Source: Eubacteriales bacterium
GTDB lineage: Bacteria > Bacillota > Clostridia > Oscillospirales > CAG-382
Direction: 5' to 3'
Assembly (NCBI GenBank): GCA_045657425.1
Contig: JAZOTA010000045.1
Span: forward strand, 48,705 to 112,704
Length of the DNA stretch: 64,000 nt
The notes beneath the pieces were generated by a model, which ran no database searches, was not told where the DNA came from, and saw nothing but the letters and a program-made list of their open reading frames with translations. The position numbers and the translations under genes are program-made. Of the stretch, positions 54,991 through 62,691 are shown piece by piece (the first letter of the stretch is position 1; every line of letters starts with the position of its first letter).

Positions 54991-56766
54991 TTACATTCCC
55001 GACTCGAGGTCGTTAAGACGTTGAAGCTCAACCATATTGCGGTATTCTTTGCAACGCGTAATAAGCTCTGCGTGCGGTCCGACGTCGATAATTTTGCCGT
55101 CGTCGATAAAAATTATCTTGTCCATACCCTCGATGGTTGTTATTCTGTGGGCAATAAGTATCGTCGTTTTGCCCTTGCGTGTTTCTTTTAGGTTTTGAAG
55201 AATGACCTTTTCGGTTTTAACGTCGACTGCCGAAACCGAATCGTCAAGAATAAGTATTTCGGCATTTTTCATCAACGCTCTCGCAATTGAAATACGTTGC
55301 TTCTGTCCGCCCGAAACTGTAACGCCGCGCTCACCCAAAACGGTTTGGTACTTTTCGGGGAATTCCGCAATATTACCGTGCACGTCGGCAAGCTTTGCCG
55401 ATGCTTCTATCGCTTCCGCATCGTTGTTGTCTGACGCAAAGGCGATGTTTTCGGCAATAGTGTCGCTGAAAAGGAAATTATCCTGCGGTACGTATGCCGC
55501 GTGGTCGCGAACCGATTTTATCGGAATGGTGTTGATATCGTGTCCGTCGATAAAAACACTTCCGTCGGGCACGTTGTAGGTGCGTAGGATCAAATCGGCA
55601 ATGGTGGTTTTGCCCGAACCGGTACGACCGACAATGCCCACGTTTTCACCCGAATTTATTTTAAAAGAAACACCGTTAAGCACGTCGTATTCGCCCGAGG
55701 GGTAACGGAAGGTAAGGTTTTTAAATTCAATGTCGCCCTTTATCGTTTCGGGCGCAACAACACCCTCTCGGTCTGCAATTTCGGGTACCGCATCAAGCAA
55801 TTCGCCGATACGGTTAAGCGATGCCTTACCGCGTGAATTCATTTCGATAAGCTGTGAAACCGCCATAATCGGCCAAACGATTGCGCTGAAATAGCCGATA
55901 AATTCAACCAGCATACCTGCATCGAAATCGCCCGTGTAAACCAAATATCCGCCGTAGCCGAGAATTACGCAAACGACCGATTCGACAAGCAAAGTAACGC
56001 AAACCGTGAGCTTTACCGAAAGCTTGGTGTATTCGATGTTGGCATCCTCGTTTTGCTTGTTCAGCTTGCGGAATGCGAGTAATTCCTTTGCTTCCTTAAC
56101 AAACGCCTTTATAACGGCGATGCCTGCAAAGCTTTCCTGAGAAAAATCGGAAAGTGCCGAAAATGCTTCTTGACGTTTTTTCCATTTCAAGGTCATATAA
56201 CGGCTTAATATCAAGCCGCCGACAAGCATTATTGCCATCGGTATCATCGCAAGTCCCGTAAGGACGGGGTCCATTCCAAACATTTTGATGATCGCAAGCA
56301 CACCCAAAAGCACGCCGTCGAAGAACATCATAATGCCCATACCGAAGCAGTCCTGAACGGTTTCCAAATCGTTGGTAAACAGCGACATAAGGTTGCCGAC
56401 CTTGTTGTGCTGATAATAATCCTGACCAAGCTGGCGGCAACGGTCGAACATTCTGTTACGAAGATCGGTTTCGATTCTTATACCGCTTCCGAAAAAGCAG
56501 ATTCTCCACAAAAATCTGCCGATTATCATCGCAACAATAACGAACAAAAGCGGTCGGCATATCTCGTCAAGCAGAAATGTCATATCAAAGGCAACGGTAA
56601 CGCCGTCCTTGATAACGACGCCCTCGTTAATACCGTTGATGACCGTGCGGTAAAGCTCGGGAATGACAAGCTGCATATAGTCGACAAGAACGAGCGAAAG
56701 TATGCCGAGCAAAAGCAGGGGAGAGTATTTAAGATAATATTTGTTTATGTGCCTGCCGAAAAGCAT
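54991..56766 (-). CDS. ABC transporter, fused permease/ATPase (partner half-transporter)
   Basis: 6-TM domain plus NBD: GRTGSGKTT, VSGGQKQR and ILDDSVSA. Adjacent to the paralog, so a heterodimeric exporter is likely. Confidence 0.9.
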   Translation of the reverse strand: MLFGRHINKYYLKYSPLLLLGILSLVLVDYMQLVIPELYRTVINGINEGVVIKDGVTVAFDMTFLLDEICRPLLFVIVAMIIGRFLWRICFFGSGIRIETDLRNRMFDRCRQLGQDYYQHNKVGNLMSLFTNDLETVQDCFGMGIMMFFDGVLLGVLAIIKMFGMDPVLTGLAMIPMAIMLVGGLILSRYMTLKWKKRQEAFSALSDFSQESFAGIAVIKAFVKEAKELLAFRKLNKQNEDANIEYTKLSVKLTVCVTLLVESVVCVILGYGGYLVYTGDFDAGMLVEFIGYFSAIVWPIMAVSQLIEMNSRGKASLNRIGELLDAVPEIADREGVVAPETIKGDIEFKNLTFRYPSGEYDVLNGVSFKINSGENVGIVGRTGSGKTTIADLILRTYNVPDGSVFIDGHDINTIPIKSVRDHAAYVPQDNFLFSDTIAENIAFASDNNDAEAIEASAKLADVHGNIAEFPEKYQTVLGERGVTVSGGQKQRISIARALMKNAEILILDDSVSAVDVKTEKVILQNLKETRKGKTTILIAHRITTIEGMDKIIFIDDGKIIDVGPHAELITRCKEYRNMVELQRLNDLESGM

Positions 56767-56767
56767 A

Positions 56768-57259
56768 TTATTCTCCTATTTTCTCGAAAGCGATCCTTTC
56801 ATCGCCCGATTCAAGATAAATTATTCCGCATTTTTGAAATCCGTATTTCAAAAGTGCGCGTTGCATCGGAATATTGTCCCTGTGGGTGTCGATGCGAAGG
56901 TGGTTGTTTTTGGACATCCCGAAATAAAAGCATTTTTGCGCAATACCCTTGCCGTGTGTTTTCATCGCAATACGGTGGATGACGTAATAATCGGAGTCTG
57001 TTATCCAATTGCCGTTATCAATCCTGCCGTAGGTGATATCCGGTCCTTCAAAAAGACAAAAAACACCCAATATTTCGTTATCTTCCTCGTAAACAAAGCA
57101 ATTGCCGTTGTTTATATCGCGCAAAATCAAATCGACCGACGGATAATCGCCCGTCCATTGATGCATATTTCCGCTTGCGCGCATAAAAAGCTTTGCACTT
57201 TCGTAAATATCCTTGATAACAAGGACCTCTTGCGGTTTTGCGTTTCTTATCGTCATCAA
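56768..57259 (-). CDS. GNAT family N-acetyltransferase
   Basis: 163 aa. ..IHRIAMKTHGKGIAQK.. is an acetyl-CoA binding motif (R/Q-x-x-G-x-G/A). Confidence 0.8.
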   Translation of the reverse strand: MMTIRNAKPQEVLVIKDIYESAKLFMRASGNMHQWTGDYPSVDLILRDINNGNCFVYEEDNEILGVFCLFEGPDITYGRIDNGNWITDSDYYVIHRIAMKTHGKGIAQKCFYFGMSKNNHLRIDTHRDNIPMQRALLKYGFQKCGIIYLESGDERIAFEKIGE

Positions 57260-57371
57260 ATCACCCCATTATATTGTAAAACCCGTTGGCTTTTTTGTCA
57301 AGTAAGTCTTGAAAATAAAACAAAATAATGATATACTGAATTAACAATTTTTAATTGTGCAGGTGATAATT

Positions 57372-57920
57372 ATGGCAAAAGGAAAAAACGTTGCTTTGGC
57401 ACGGCTTTTATATTCCTCAATGTTTCTTGCGCTCGGCTTGCTGCTGCCGTTTCTTACGATGCAAATACCGACGATAGGCGCATCGCTTTGTCCGATGCAT
57501 TTTGCGGTTTTGCTTTGCGGATTCATTTGCGGTCCGATGTGGGGAATGACTGTCGGCTTTGTGACCCCGATTTTAAGGTCAATGCTTTTCGGCGCACCCG
57601 TGGCTATTATTCCAAATGCGCTCGCAATGGCGTTTGAGCTTGCAACCTATGCATTCGTTGCGGGTATCCTTTACAAAAAGATGAATAAAAATATTTTCTA
57701 TACCTTTATCGCCCTTATCACCGCAATGGTGGCAGGAAGACTTGTTTGGGGCGCGGTCATGTTTGCGCTTATACTTGCAAATAAAGCCGCAGGCGAAATC
57801 GGTTTTTCGCTTATCTGGACCTCAACGGTGCTTCAAAGCACCCCCGGAATCATCCTTCAAATAGTTGCAATACCGCCTATTATCACGATTTTACGCAAAA
57901 ACCGTTTAATGCTTAACTAA
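57372..57920 (+). CDS. ECF-transporter S-component-like membrane protein
   Basis: About 182 aa with 5-6 TMs. ..MHFAVLLCGFICGPMWG..PILRSMLFG.. resembles substrate-capture S components. The start is set at MAKGKN, after AGGTGA. Confidence 0.6.
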   Translation: MAKGKNVALARLLYSSMFLALGLLLPFLTMQIPTIGASLCPMHFAVLLCGFICGPMWGMTVGFVTPILRSMLFGAPVAIIPNALAMAFELATYAFVAGILYKKMNKNIFYTFIALITAMVAGRLVWGAVMFALILANKAAGEIGFSLIWTSTVLQSTPGIILQIVAIPPIITILRKNRLMLN

Positions 57921-57930
57921 CGAGGTAAAG

Positions 57931-59481
57931 ATGATGAAAAAACGTGTTCTTTCGCTTTTCCTGGCACTTGTTCTTGTTTCCCTTTGTCTTGCTGTTTCGG
58001 GCTGTGAGGATTCGTCAGACGCAAATCCTTCAACGGCTAGTCAGGAAGCTTCGACCGAGGTTTCAAAGGAAGGCAGATTCTTCGGCCTTGAAATCCCCGA
58101 GGATATTGATTTCGGCGGAAAAACCGTGCGTGTGCTTACAACCGGCACCGCGGCAAGCCCTACGACTCACCAGATACAACCCAACAATAACGAGCAATAT
58201 TCCTCCGAAACGACAACGGCTGTGCTTACCGCATGCGAGGAATGTACCCGTCTGGTCGAGCAGGAGCTTGGCATAACGGTTGAGGAGGAAATGGTTTATA
58301 CCTGGTCGCGCTACGGCGGCGATATGTACAAGCGTATCCAAACCGATGCGATGAGCTATAACGGCGATTACGTTTTCGCAATGCCCTGCTCGATCGAAGC
58401 AAGCATGCTTTCTATCGACGGCTTGCTATACGACCTCAACGACGTGCCGCATATCGACCTCTCGCGTGAGTGGTGGTGCCACGAGTTTAACGAGGGCGTA
58501 ACGGTTGACGGCAGTACCTATTTTGCAATAAGTGATATCGGTACCGTCAGCAAGCAGGCAACTCTTTTCGTTGCGTTCAACAAGAAAATGGCAGAAACGA
58601 ATAAGATTACCGAAAAATACGGCTATTCCTCGCTTTACGAAATGGTCGATAAAAAGGCGTGGACACAGGACGTTATGTTCGAAATGGCAAAATCGGTCTA
58701 TCAGGACGTAAACGGTAACAACAAATGCGACCTCGGTGACGTAAACGGACTTGCAGGTCAGGACGGTGCGGTTTATAATTTCCTTACCGCCGCAGGAGAA
58801 CAGATTATCTCTATTGAAAACGGATTCCCCAAGCTTACCGTTTACAACGAAAGAGCAATTAATATAATCGCAAACGCGCAGGAATATTTGCAGGATCCGA
58901 GAGGCGGCTTTATTTCGGCAAACGATTATTTCGATAAGAGCCAAGTGCCCGTACGCGACGCAATAGTGCCCGAATTTAAAGCGGACAGATTGCTGTTCTT
59001 TATGGATGCAATAATGAACCTTGACCTTATCCGCGATATGGAAAGCGATTTTGGTGTTCTTCCCACTCCATTGTACGACGAGCATCAGGACGGCTATTCC
59101 TCGCAGATCGGCTGTTGGTCGACAAACTGTATCGTCGTTCCTACCTTTGTTGAGGGCGAAAATCTTGAAATTGCGGGCTATTTGATCGAAGCACTTTCTG
59201 CGGTTTCGCACAAAAAGCTCAACCCCGTTTATTACGAGCAAACCCTTCAATATCAGATCTCACGCGATGAAGATTCGATGAGAATGCTCGACATCATTTT
59301 TGATACCCGCACCTGCGAGCTTGCCGAAATTTATCACCTTGGCATTTACGATACCGTTTGCGGTATGCTTAAAAAGCCGATCGGCACCTTTGCCTCGGAG
59401 TACGATGCAATCGACGATAAGACCAACGACGCAATTGATGAAATTATTGCATCATATAAAAAGCAAAAAGAAAGTAAATAG
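57931..59481 (+). CDS. Extracellular solute-binding lipoprotein (ABC family-1 SBP, LipO/YtcQ-like size)
   Basis: Lipobox LAVSGC. 516 aa with no adjacent permease genes. Confidence 0.7.
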   Translation: MMKKRVLSLFLALVLVSLCLAVSGCEDSSDANPSTASQEASTEVSKEGRFFGLEIPEDIDFGGKTVRVLTTGTAASPTTHQIQPNNNEQYSSETTTAVLTACEECTRLVEQELGITVEEEMVYTWSRYGGDMYKRIQTDAMSYNGDYVFAMPCSIEASMLSIDGLLYDLNDVPHIDLSREWWCHEFNEGVTVDGSTYFAISDIGTVSKQATLFVAFNKKMAETNKITEKYGYSSLYEMVDKKAWTQDVMFEMAKSVYQDVNGNNKCDLGDVNGLAGQDGAVYNFLTAAGEQIISIENGFPKLTVYNERAINIIANAQEYLQDPRGGFISANDYFDKSQVPVRDAIVPEFKADRLLFFMDAIMNLDLIRDMESDFGVLPTPLYDEHQDGYSSQIGCWSTNCIVVPTFVEGENLEIAGYLIEALSAVSHKKLNPVYYEQTLQYQISRDEDSMRMLDIIFDTRTCELAEIYHLGIYDTVCGMLKKPIGTFASEYDAIDDKTNDAIDEIIASYKKQKESK

Positions 59482-59487
59482 GCATAT

Positions 59488-59522
59488 AAAAAATCAGGTT
59501 CAAAACGAACCTGATTTTTGTT
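59488..59522. terminator. Bidirectional intrinsic terminator
   Basis: AAAATCAGGTTC / GAACCTGATTTT stem with loop AAAAC. Confidence 0.8.
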
Positions 59523-59534
59523 TTATATCGTCGT

Positions 59535-60398
59535 TTAAATCTCAATAAGTTCGTATTCCTTACTGCCTATGCCGAGCTTTGCGGCGGCATCGACCGTAAG
59601 AACACCGTTGCGCGATTCGATACGCTCGATAAGATGCGCTTTTCCTGCATCGTCGCTTGCATAAACAAGGTCAAGACAAGCCATATCGATAGCAACAGGG
59701 TCGGTAGAAGCAAGCATGCCGATGTCGGCAATGCAGGGGTCTTCGGCAACCGCACAGCAGTCGCAATCGACCGACATATTTTTCATAACGTTGATATAAA
59801 CGATTTTGTTTTTGAAGTAATCAACGACCGATTTCGCCGCGTCTGCCATCGATTCAAGGAAAGAATCGTGGTCTGCAGTCCAAATCTTTTCGGGCTCGCC
59901 CGCACCGTGAATATATGCCTTGCCGAAGGACGATGCAACGCCGATCGAAAGCTGCTTCAACGCTCCGCCGTAGCCGCCCATCGGGTGTCCCTTGAAGTGC
60001 GAAAGCACAAGCATCGAATCGTAATTTACAATATTTTTGCCAACGTAGTTTTTGTTAATGCGTTTGCCCTCGGGTATATCAAGCACAAGGTCGGGACCTT
60101 CGGCATCGAGCAGATCAAAATCGAAATACTTGCTCCAGCCGTGGTCGGCAAGTGTTTTGATATGCTTTTCGGTTGTGTTTCGAGTTCCCTCATAAGCGGT
60201 GTTGCATTCAACCGCAGTGCCGCCAACCTTTTTAATGATCGGCTCCCAAAAATCGGGGCCTAAAAAGTTTTGGTTACCCGGCTCGCCCGAGTGAAGCTTT
60301 ATCGCAACTCTGCCCTTAAGCTCTTTTTCGACGAGGTCGTAAAGCTCGATAACCTTGTTAGGGTCAAGACTGCGTGTGAAAAATACCTTGGATTTCAT
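59535..60398 (-). CDS. DUF362 domain protein
   Basis: ..VAIKLHSGEPGN..VECNTAY.. is typical of DUF362. The start is set at MKSKVFF; the ORF track extends to 60440. Confidence 0.7.
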   Translation of the reverse strand: MKSKVFFTRSLDPNKVIELYDLVEKELKGRVAIKLHSGEPGNQNFLGPDFWEPIIKKVGGTAVECNTAYEGTRNTTEKHIKTLADHGWSKYFDFDLLDAEGPDLVLDIPEGKRINKNYVGKNIVNYDSMLVLSHFKGHPMGGYGGALKQLSIGVASSFGKAYIHGAGEPEKIWTADHDSFLESMADAAKSVVDYFKNKIVYINVMKNMSVDCDCCAVAEDPCIADIGMLASTDPVAIDMACLDLVYASDDAGKAHLIERIESRNGVLTVDAAAKLGIGSKEYELIEI

Positions 60399-60497
60399 AA
60401 AACGACCATCCTTATCATTATTTTCGTTAATATTATACATTACCCGACTTTTTCTGTCAACCGATTGAAAAAATTAATCGGAATTTTAAAAATAGTA

Positions 60498-60526
60498 TTG
60501 ACATCAAACTTGGTTTATGATAATAT
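60498..60526 (+). promoter_or_regulatory. Sigma-A promoter of the tRNA pair
   Basis: TTGACA (60498-503), a 17-nt spacer, then TGaTAATAT (60518-26). Confidence 0.65.
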
Positions 60527-60552
60527 AGTCAAGCGGGTTACGCATCGGTTAT

Positions 60553-60641
60553 GCCGGAGTGGCGGAATTGGCAGACGCCCTGGACTTAAAATCCAGTGAG
60601 GTTTACCCCTCGTACCGGTTCGAGCCCGGTTTCCGGCACCA
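60553..60641 (+). tRNA. tRNA-Leu (anticodon UAA), class II with a long variable arm; CCA encoded
   Basis: Folded by hand. Acceptor GCCGGAG/TTCCGGC, D arm GCG..CGC, anticodon stem CTGGA/TCCAG with loop CTTAAAA, variable arm GAGG..CCTC, T arm ACCGG-TTCGAGC-CCGGT. Confidence 0.92.
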
Positions 60642-60676
60642 TTTATGTAATCAATCAAATTTAATAAATTCAATAT

Positions 60677-60752
<76 letters not shown>

Positions 60753-60754
60753 AA

Positions 60755-60995
60755 AAGAAAACCACCCAATCGGGTGGTTTTTCTTTTTGTTTTTGACGCA
60801 AGGCGTTGCAATGCGTCTTTTTGGGTTATGAGACCGACGAGCGGAGCTCGTTGGGAAAGCACTCCGAGCGCATTCGGGGAATGAGAAAGCGAGGAAGTGC
60901 TTTCCGCAGCGGTCGAAAAAATCAAGTGAGCCACGCGAACGTTAGATTTTTTCGGGTTACCGCAAGGCGGCTTTTTAAGGCGAAGCCATAAAAAG
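60755..60995. other. 241-bp non-coding insert bounded by the 44-bp tRNA-derived direct repeats; contains hairpin-repeat copy C
   Basis: It holds nested inverted repeats: GACGCA..TGCGTC, GGAAAGCACT..AGTGCTTTCC, and A/T-arm CGAAAAAATC..GATTTTTTCG (60914-54) around ..GCCACGCGAACG... No credible ORF. Confidence 0.5.
60758..60788 (+). terminator. Intrinsic terminator after the tRNA pair
   Basis: AAAACCACCC / GGGTGGTTTT stem with loop AATC, then a T-run. Confidence 0.8.
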
Positions 60996-61039
60996 ATAAC
61001 CCGGAGGTCGCAGGTTCAAGTCCTGTCTCCGCAACCAAA
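60996..61039 (+). repeat. Perfect 44-bp direct repeat of tRNA-fMet positions 60711-60754 (anticodon loop through 3' end +3 nt); att-like displaced tRNA 3' half
   Basis: ATAACCCGGAGGTCGCAGGTTCAAGTCCTGTCTCCGCAACCAAA occurs identically at both places. The second copy has no 5' half and is embedded in a long hairpin (61031-61078). Confidence 0.9.
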
Positions 61040-61141
61040 GCAAGGGACACCATTGGGTGTCCCTTTTGCTTTGGTTGCGCGGTAGGCTCTTACTCTGCGA
61101 CCGAAGGGCGAATAACTGTAATATTGTTTACAGCATATTCC

Positions 61142-61169
61142 TTGACTTTTTTTGCTGTTGTTGTATAAT
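61142..61169 (+). promoter_or_regulatory. Sigma-A promoter of the GH43 gene
   Basis: TTGACT (61142-47), a 16-nt spacer, then TATAAT (61164-69). Confidence 0.6.
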
Positions 61170-61190
61170 CTATTTAAAGGAAGTGAACTT

Positions 61191-62108
61191 ATGAAATTAA
61201 TATTCAATGAAACACAATCCACTCAACCCGATCCGTTTATATTTGAGGATAACGGAACCTTTTACCTTTATGTAACTGCGTATGCAGGAGTTGAAGCATA
61301 CGAAAGCAAAGCTCTTACAGGAACATGGATTTATAAAGGAACTGTAACCGCGTTTGCAGATGCACACGATTTTTGGGCGCCTTCGGTTATAAAGCTCGAA
61401 GACAAATATTACATGTATGTATCCTGTGTCGCAAATAATAATTTTCAATATATGCATGTAGCCTGTGCTGATTCACCTTTAGGCCCATTCAAAAATGAAA
61501 AGTGCCTTTATGACCAATTCTCTATTGACTCACATATGGTAAAGACAAATGTCGGTCTTTTTCTTTGGTATGCTAAAAACAATCTTGAACACGATCTTGT
61601 GGGCACAAGAATTTATGTAGATAGATTTATAGACCCATATACCCCCGAAAACAACCCCAAGGAAGTGCTTTTGCCCGAATTTGATGAAGAAAAATTCACT
61701 CCTCAATGCACAGAGGAAAGAGATTGGTACACCTTAGAGGGACCATTCTGGTTTAAAGAGGGTGATTGGCAATATCTTATGTATAGTGCAGGATGTTATC
61801 AAGATAACACATATCACATTGGTTATGCCATTGCAAAAACAGATGAACAAGACCTTAAAAAAGTAGACTTTATAAAGGTTAAAAACGGCAACAAATTTTC
61901 ACCCGTAATCATTAAAAACTCCTTTGAGGAGGGCACCGGTCATCATAGTGTAATAAAGGTTGATAACGAATACTACGCCATCTACCACGCCAGAGATTAC
62001 CAAGGCACAACCTCAACCGAGTATGTTGAAAGAAGAACAGCACGAATTTGCCGTCTTTCGGTAAATGACGGTGTTATTACAGCCGAACGCTTTGAAAATC
62101 ATATATAA
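61191..62108 (+). CDS. Glycoside hydrolase family 43 (beta-xylosidase / alpha-L-arabinofuranosidase-like)
   Basis: 305 aa. ..DPFIFEDNGTFYLY.., ..FWAPSVIKLEDKYYMYVS.. and ..SIDSHM..EGPFWFKEGDWQYLMYS.. match the GH43 catalytic Asp/Asp/Glu contexts. The start is set at MKLIF. Confidence 0.85.
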   Translation: MKLIFNETQSTQPDPFIFEDNGTFYLYVTAYAGVEAYESKALTGTWIYKGTVTAFADAHDFWAPSVIKLEDKYYMYVSCVANNNFQYMHVACADSPLGPFKNEKCLYDQFSIDSHMVKTNVGLFLWYAKNNLEHDLVGTRIYVDRFIDPYTPENNPKEVLLPEFDEEKFTPQCTEERDWYTLEGPFWFKEGDWQYLMYSAGCYQDNTYHIGYAIAKTDEQDLKKVDFIKVKNGNKFSPVIIKNSFEEGTGHHSVIKVDNEYYAIYHARDYQGTTSTEYVERRTARICRLSVNDGVITAERFENHI

Positions 62109-62140
62109 TAAAAGTGATATCTAAATCGGTGCGACGTGCC

Positions 62141-62177
62141 AAAAAATCAAGCAACTAACGGTTGCTTGATTTTTTTA
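62141..62177. terminator. Strong bidirectional intrinsic terminator after GH43
   Basis: 15-bp stem AAAAAATCAAGCAAC / GTTGCTTGATTTTTT with loop TAACG. Confidence 0.85.
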
Positions 62178-62179
62178 TC

Positions 62180-62347
62180 CATTGCGAAAGCAATGTTATA
62201 TCATCGCCGTTAGGCGTATATCATCACGCGTAGCGTGTATATCATCAGCCGTGGGCTGTAGCTTTCGCAATGATGATATACAACACTCCGTGTTGATGAT
62301 ATGCAATTTCTTCGAAATTGATGATATACAACGGCTTTGCCGTTGAT
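62180..62347. repeat. Array of six 9-bp repeats (3x TATATCATC direct, then 3x GATGATATA/G inverted), each followed by a different mini-hairpin
   Basis: TATATCATC at 62197, 62217 and 62238. The reverse complement is at 62272, 62295 (GATGATATG) and 62320. Hairpins: CATTGC-GAAA-GCAATG, GCC-GTTA-GGC, ACGC-GTA-GCGT, AGCC-GTG-GGCT, AACAC-TCC-GTGTT, CAATTTC-TTC-GAAATTG, AACGGC-TTT-GCCGTT. Confidence 0.85.
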
Positions 62348-62460
62348 TCGGTCTGAAACCTTTTTGTCTTGTGGCAAGCTTTTCCTCTGCTTCATCAAGG
62401 CAAAAGCGGCGGATTTCGTATCGTTCAAGGAATAATTTTACAAAATAACGTTGTTTTTTT

Positions 62461-62691
62461 GTTATAATTATGATATAATAATTGCAAGTAAATAGCGACT
62501 TAAGCTTTGCCGTAAGGCAAATGGGAAACATACTGCAAAACTGACAGACTTGCGGTATCTTCCGGCACGATGCACTTTTGGTCGCAGACTCGTCAAACGA
62601 TGGGATAGTTGTCATCTTTTTTGGCGTCTGCGCTTGTGTGCAGATGCTTTTTTTGTCCTTTTTGCTAATATTTGAAAAGGGGGAAACCTAT
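62461..62691 (+). promoter_or_regulatory. Extended -10 promoter plus a roughly 215-nt leader with two tandem intrinsic terminators upstream of the MATE gene (candidate riboswitch/attenuator)
   Basis: TGTTATAAT at 62460-68. GNRA hairpin TTGCC-GTAA-GGCAA at about 62504-62518. Terminator 1 at 62599-62622 (5-bp stem + T6). Terminator 2 at 62624-62655 (GCGTCTGC/GCAGATGC + T7). The RBS AAGGGGG and ATG at 62692 follow. Confidence 0.45.

Noticed and set aside
60806-60991. 61-aa ORF inside the 241-bp tRNA-flanked insert (possible remnant integrase or excisionase)
   Set aside because: The arginine-rich translation comes from GC-rich inverted repeats. There is no RBS and no resemblance to recombinase or Xis motifs.
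62180-62347. Possible CRISPR array
   Set aside because: The repeats are only 9 bp and the spacers 11-16 bp. Half of the repeats are in inverted orientation, the spacers are themselves palindromic, and there are no cas genes in the window.
62196-62615. 139-aa and 72-aa ORFs (minus strand) spanning the TATATCATC repeat array
   Set aside because: The translations merely echo the DNA repeats (VVYHH, VVYHQ, MIY..). There is no RBS, and the region is better explained as a non-coding repeat/hairpin array plus the MATE promoter/leader.
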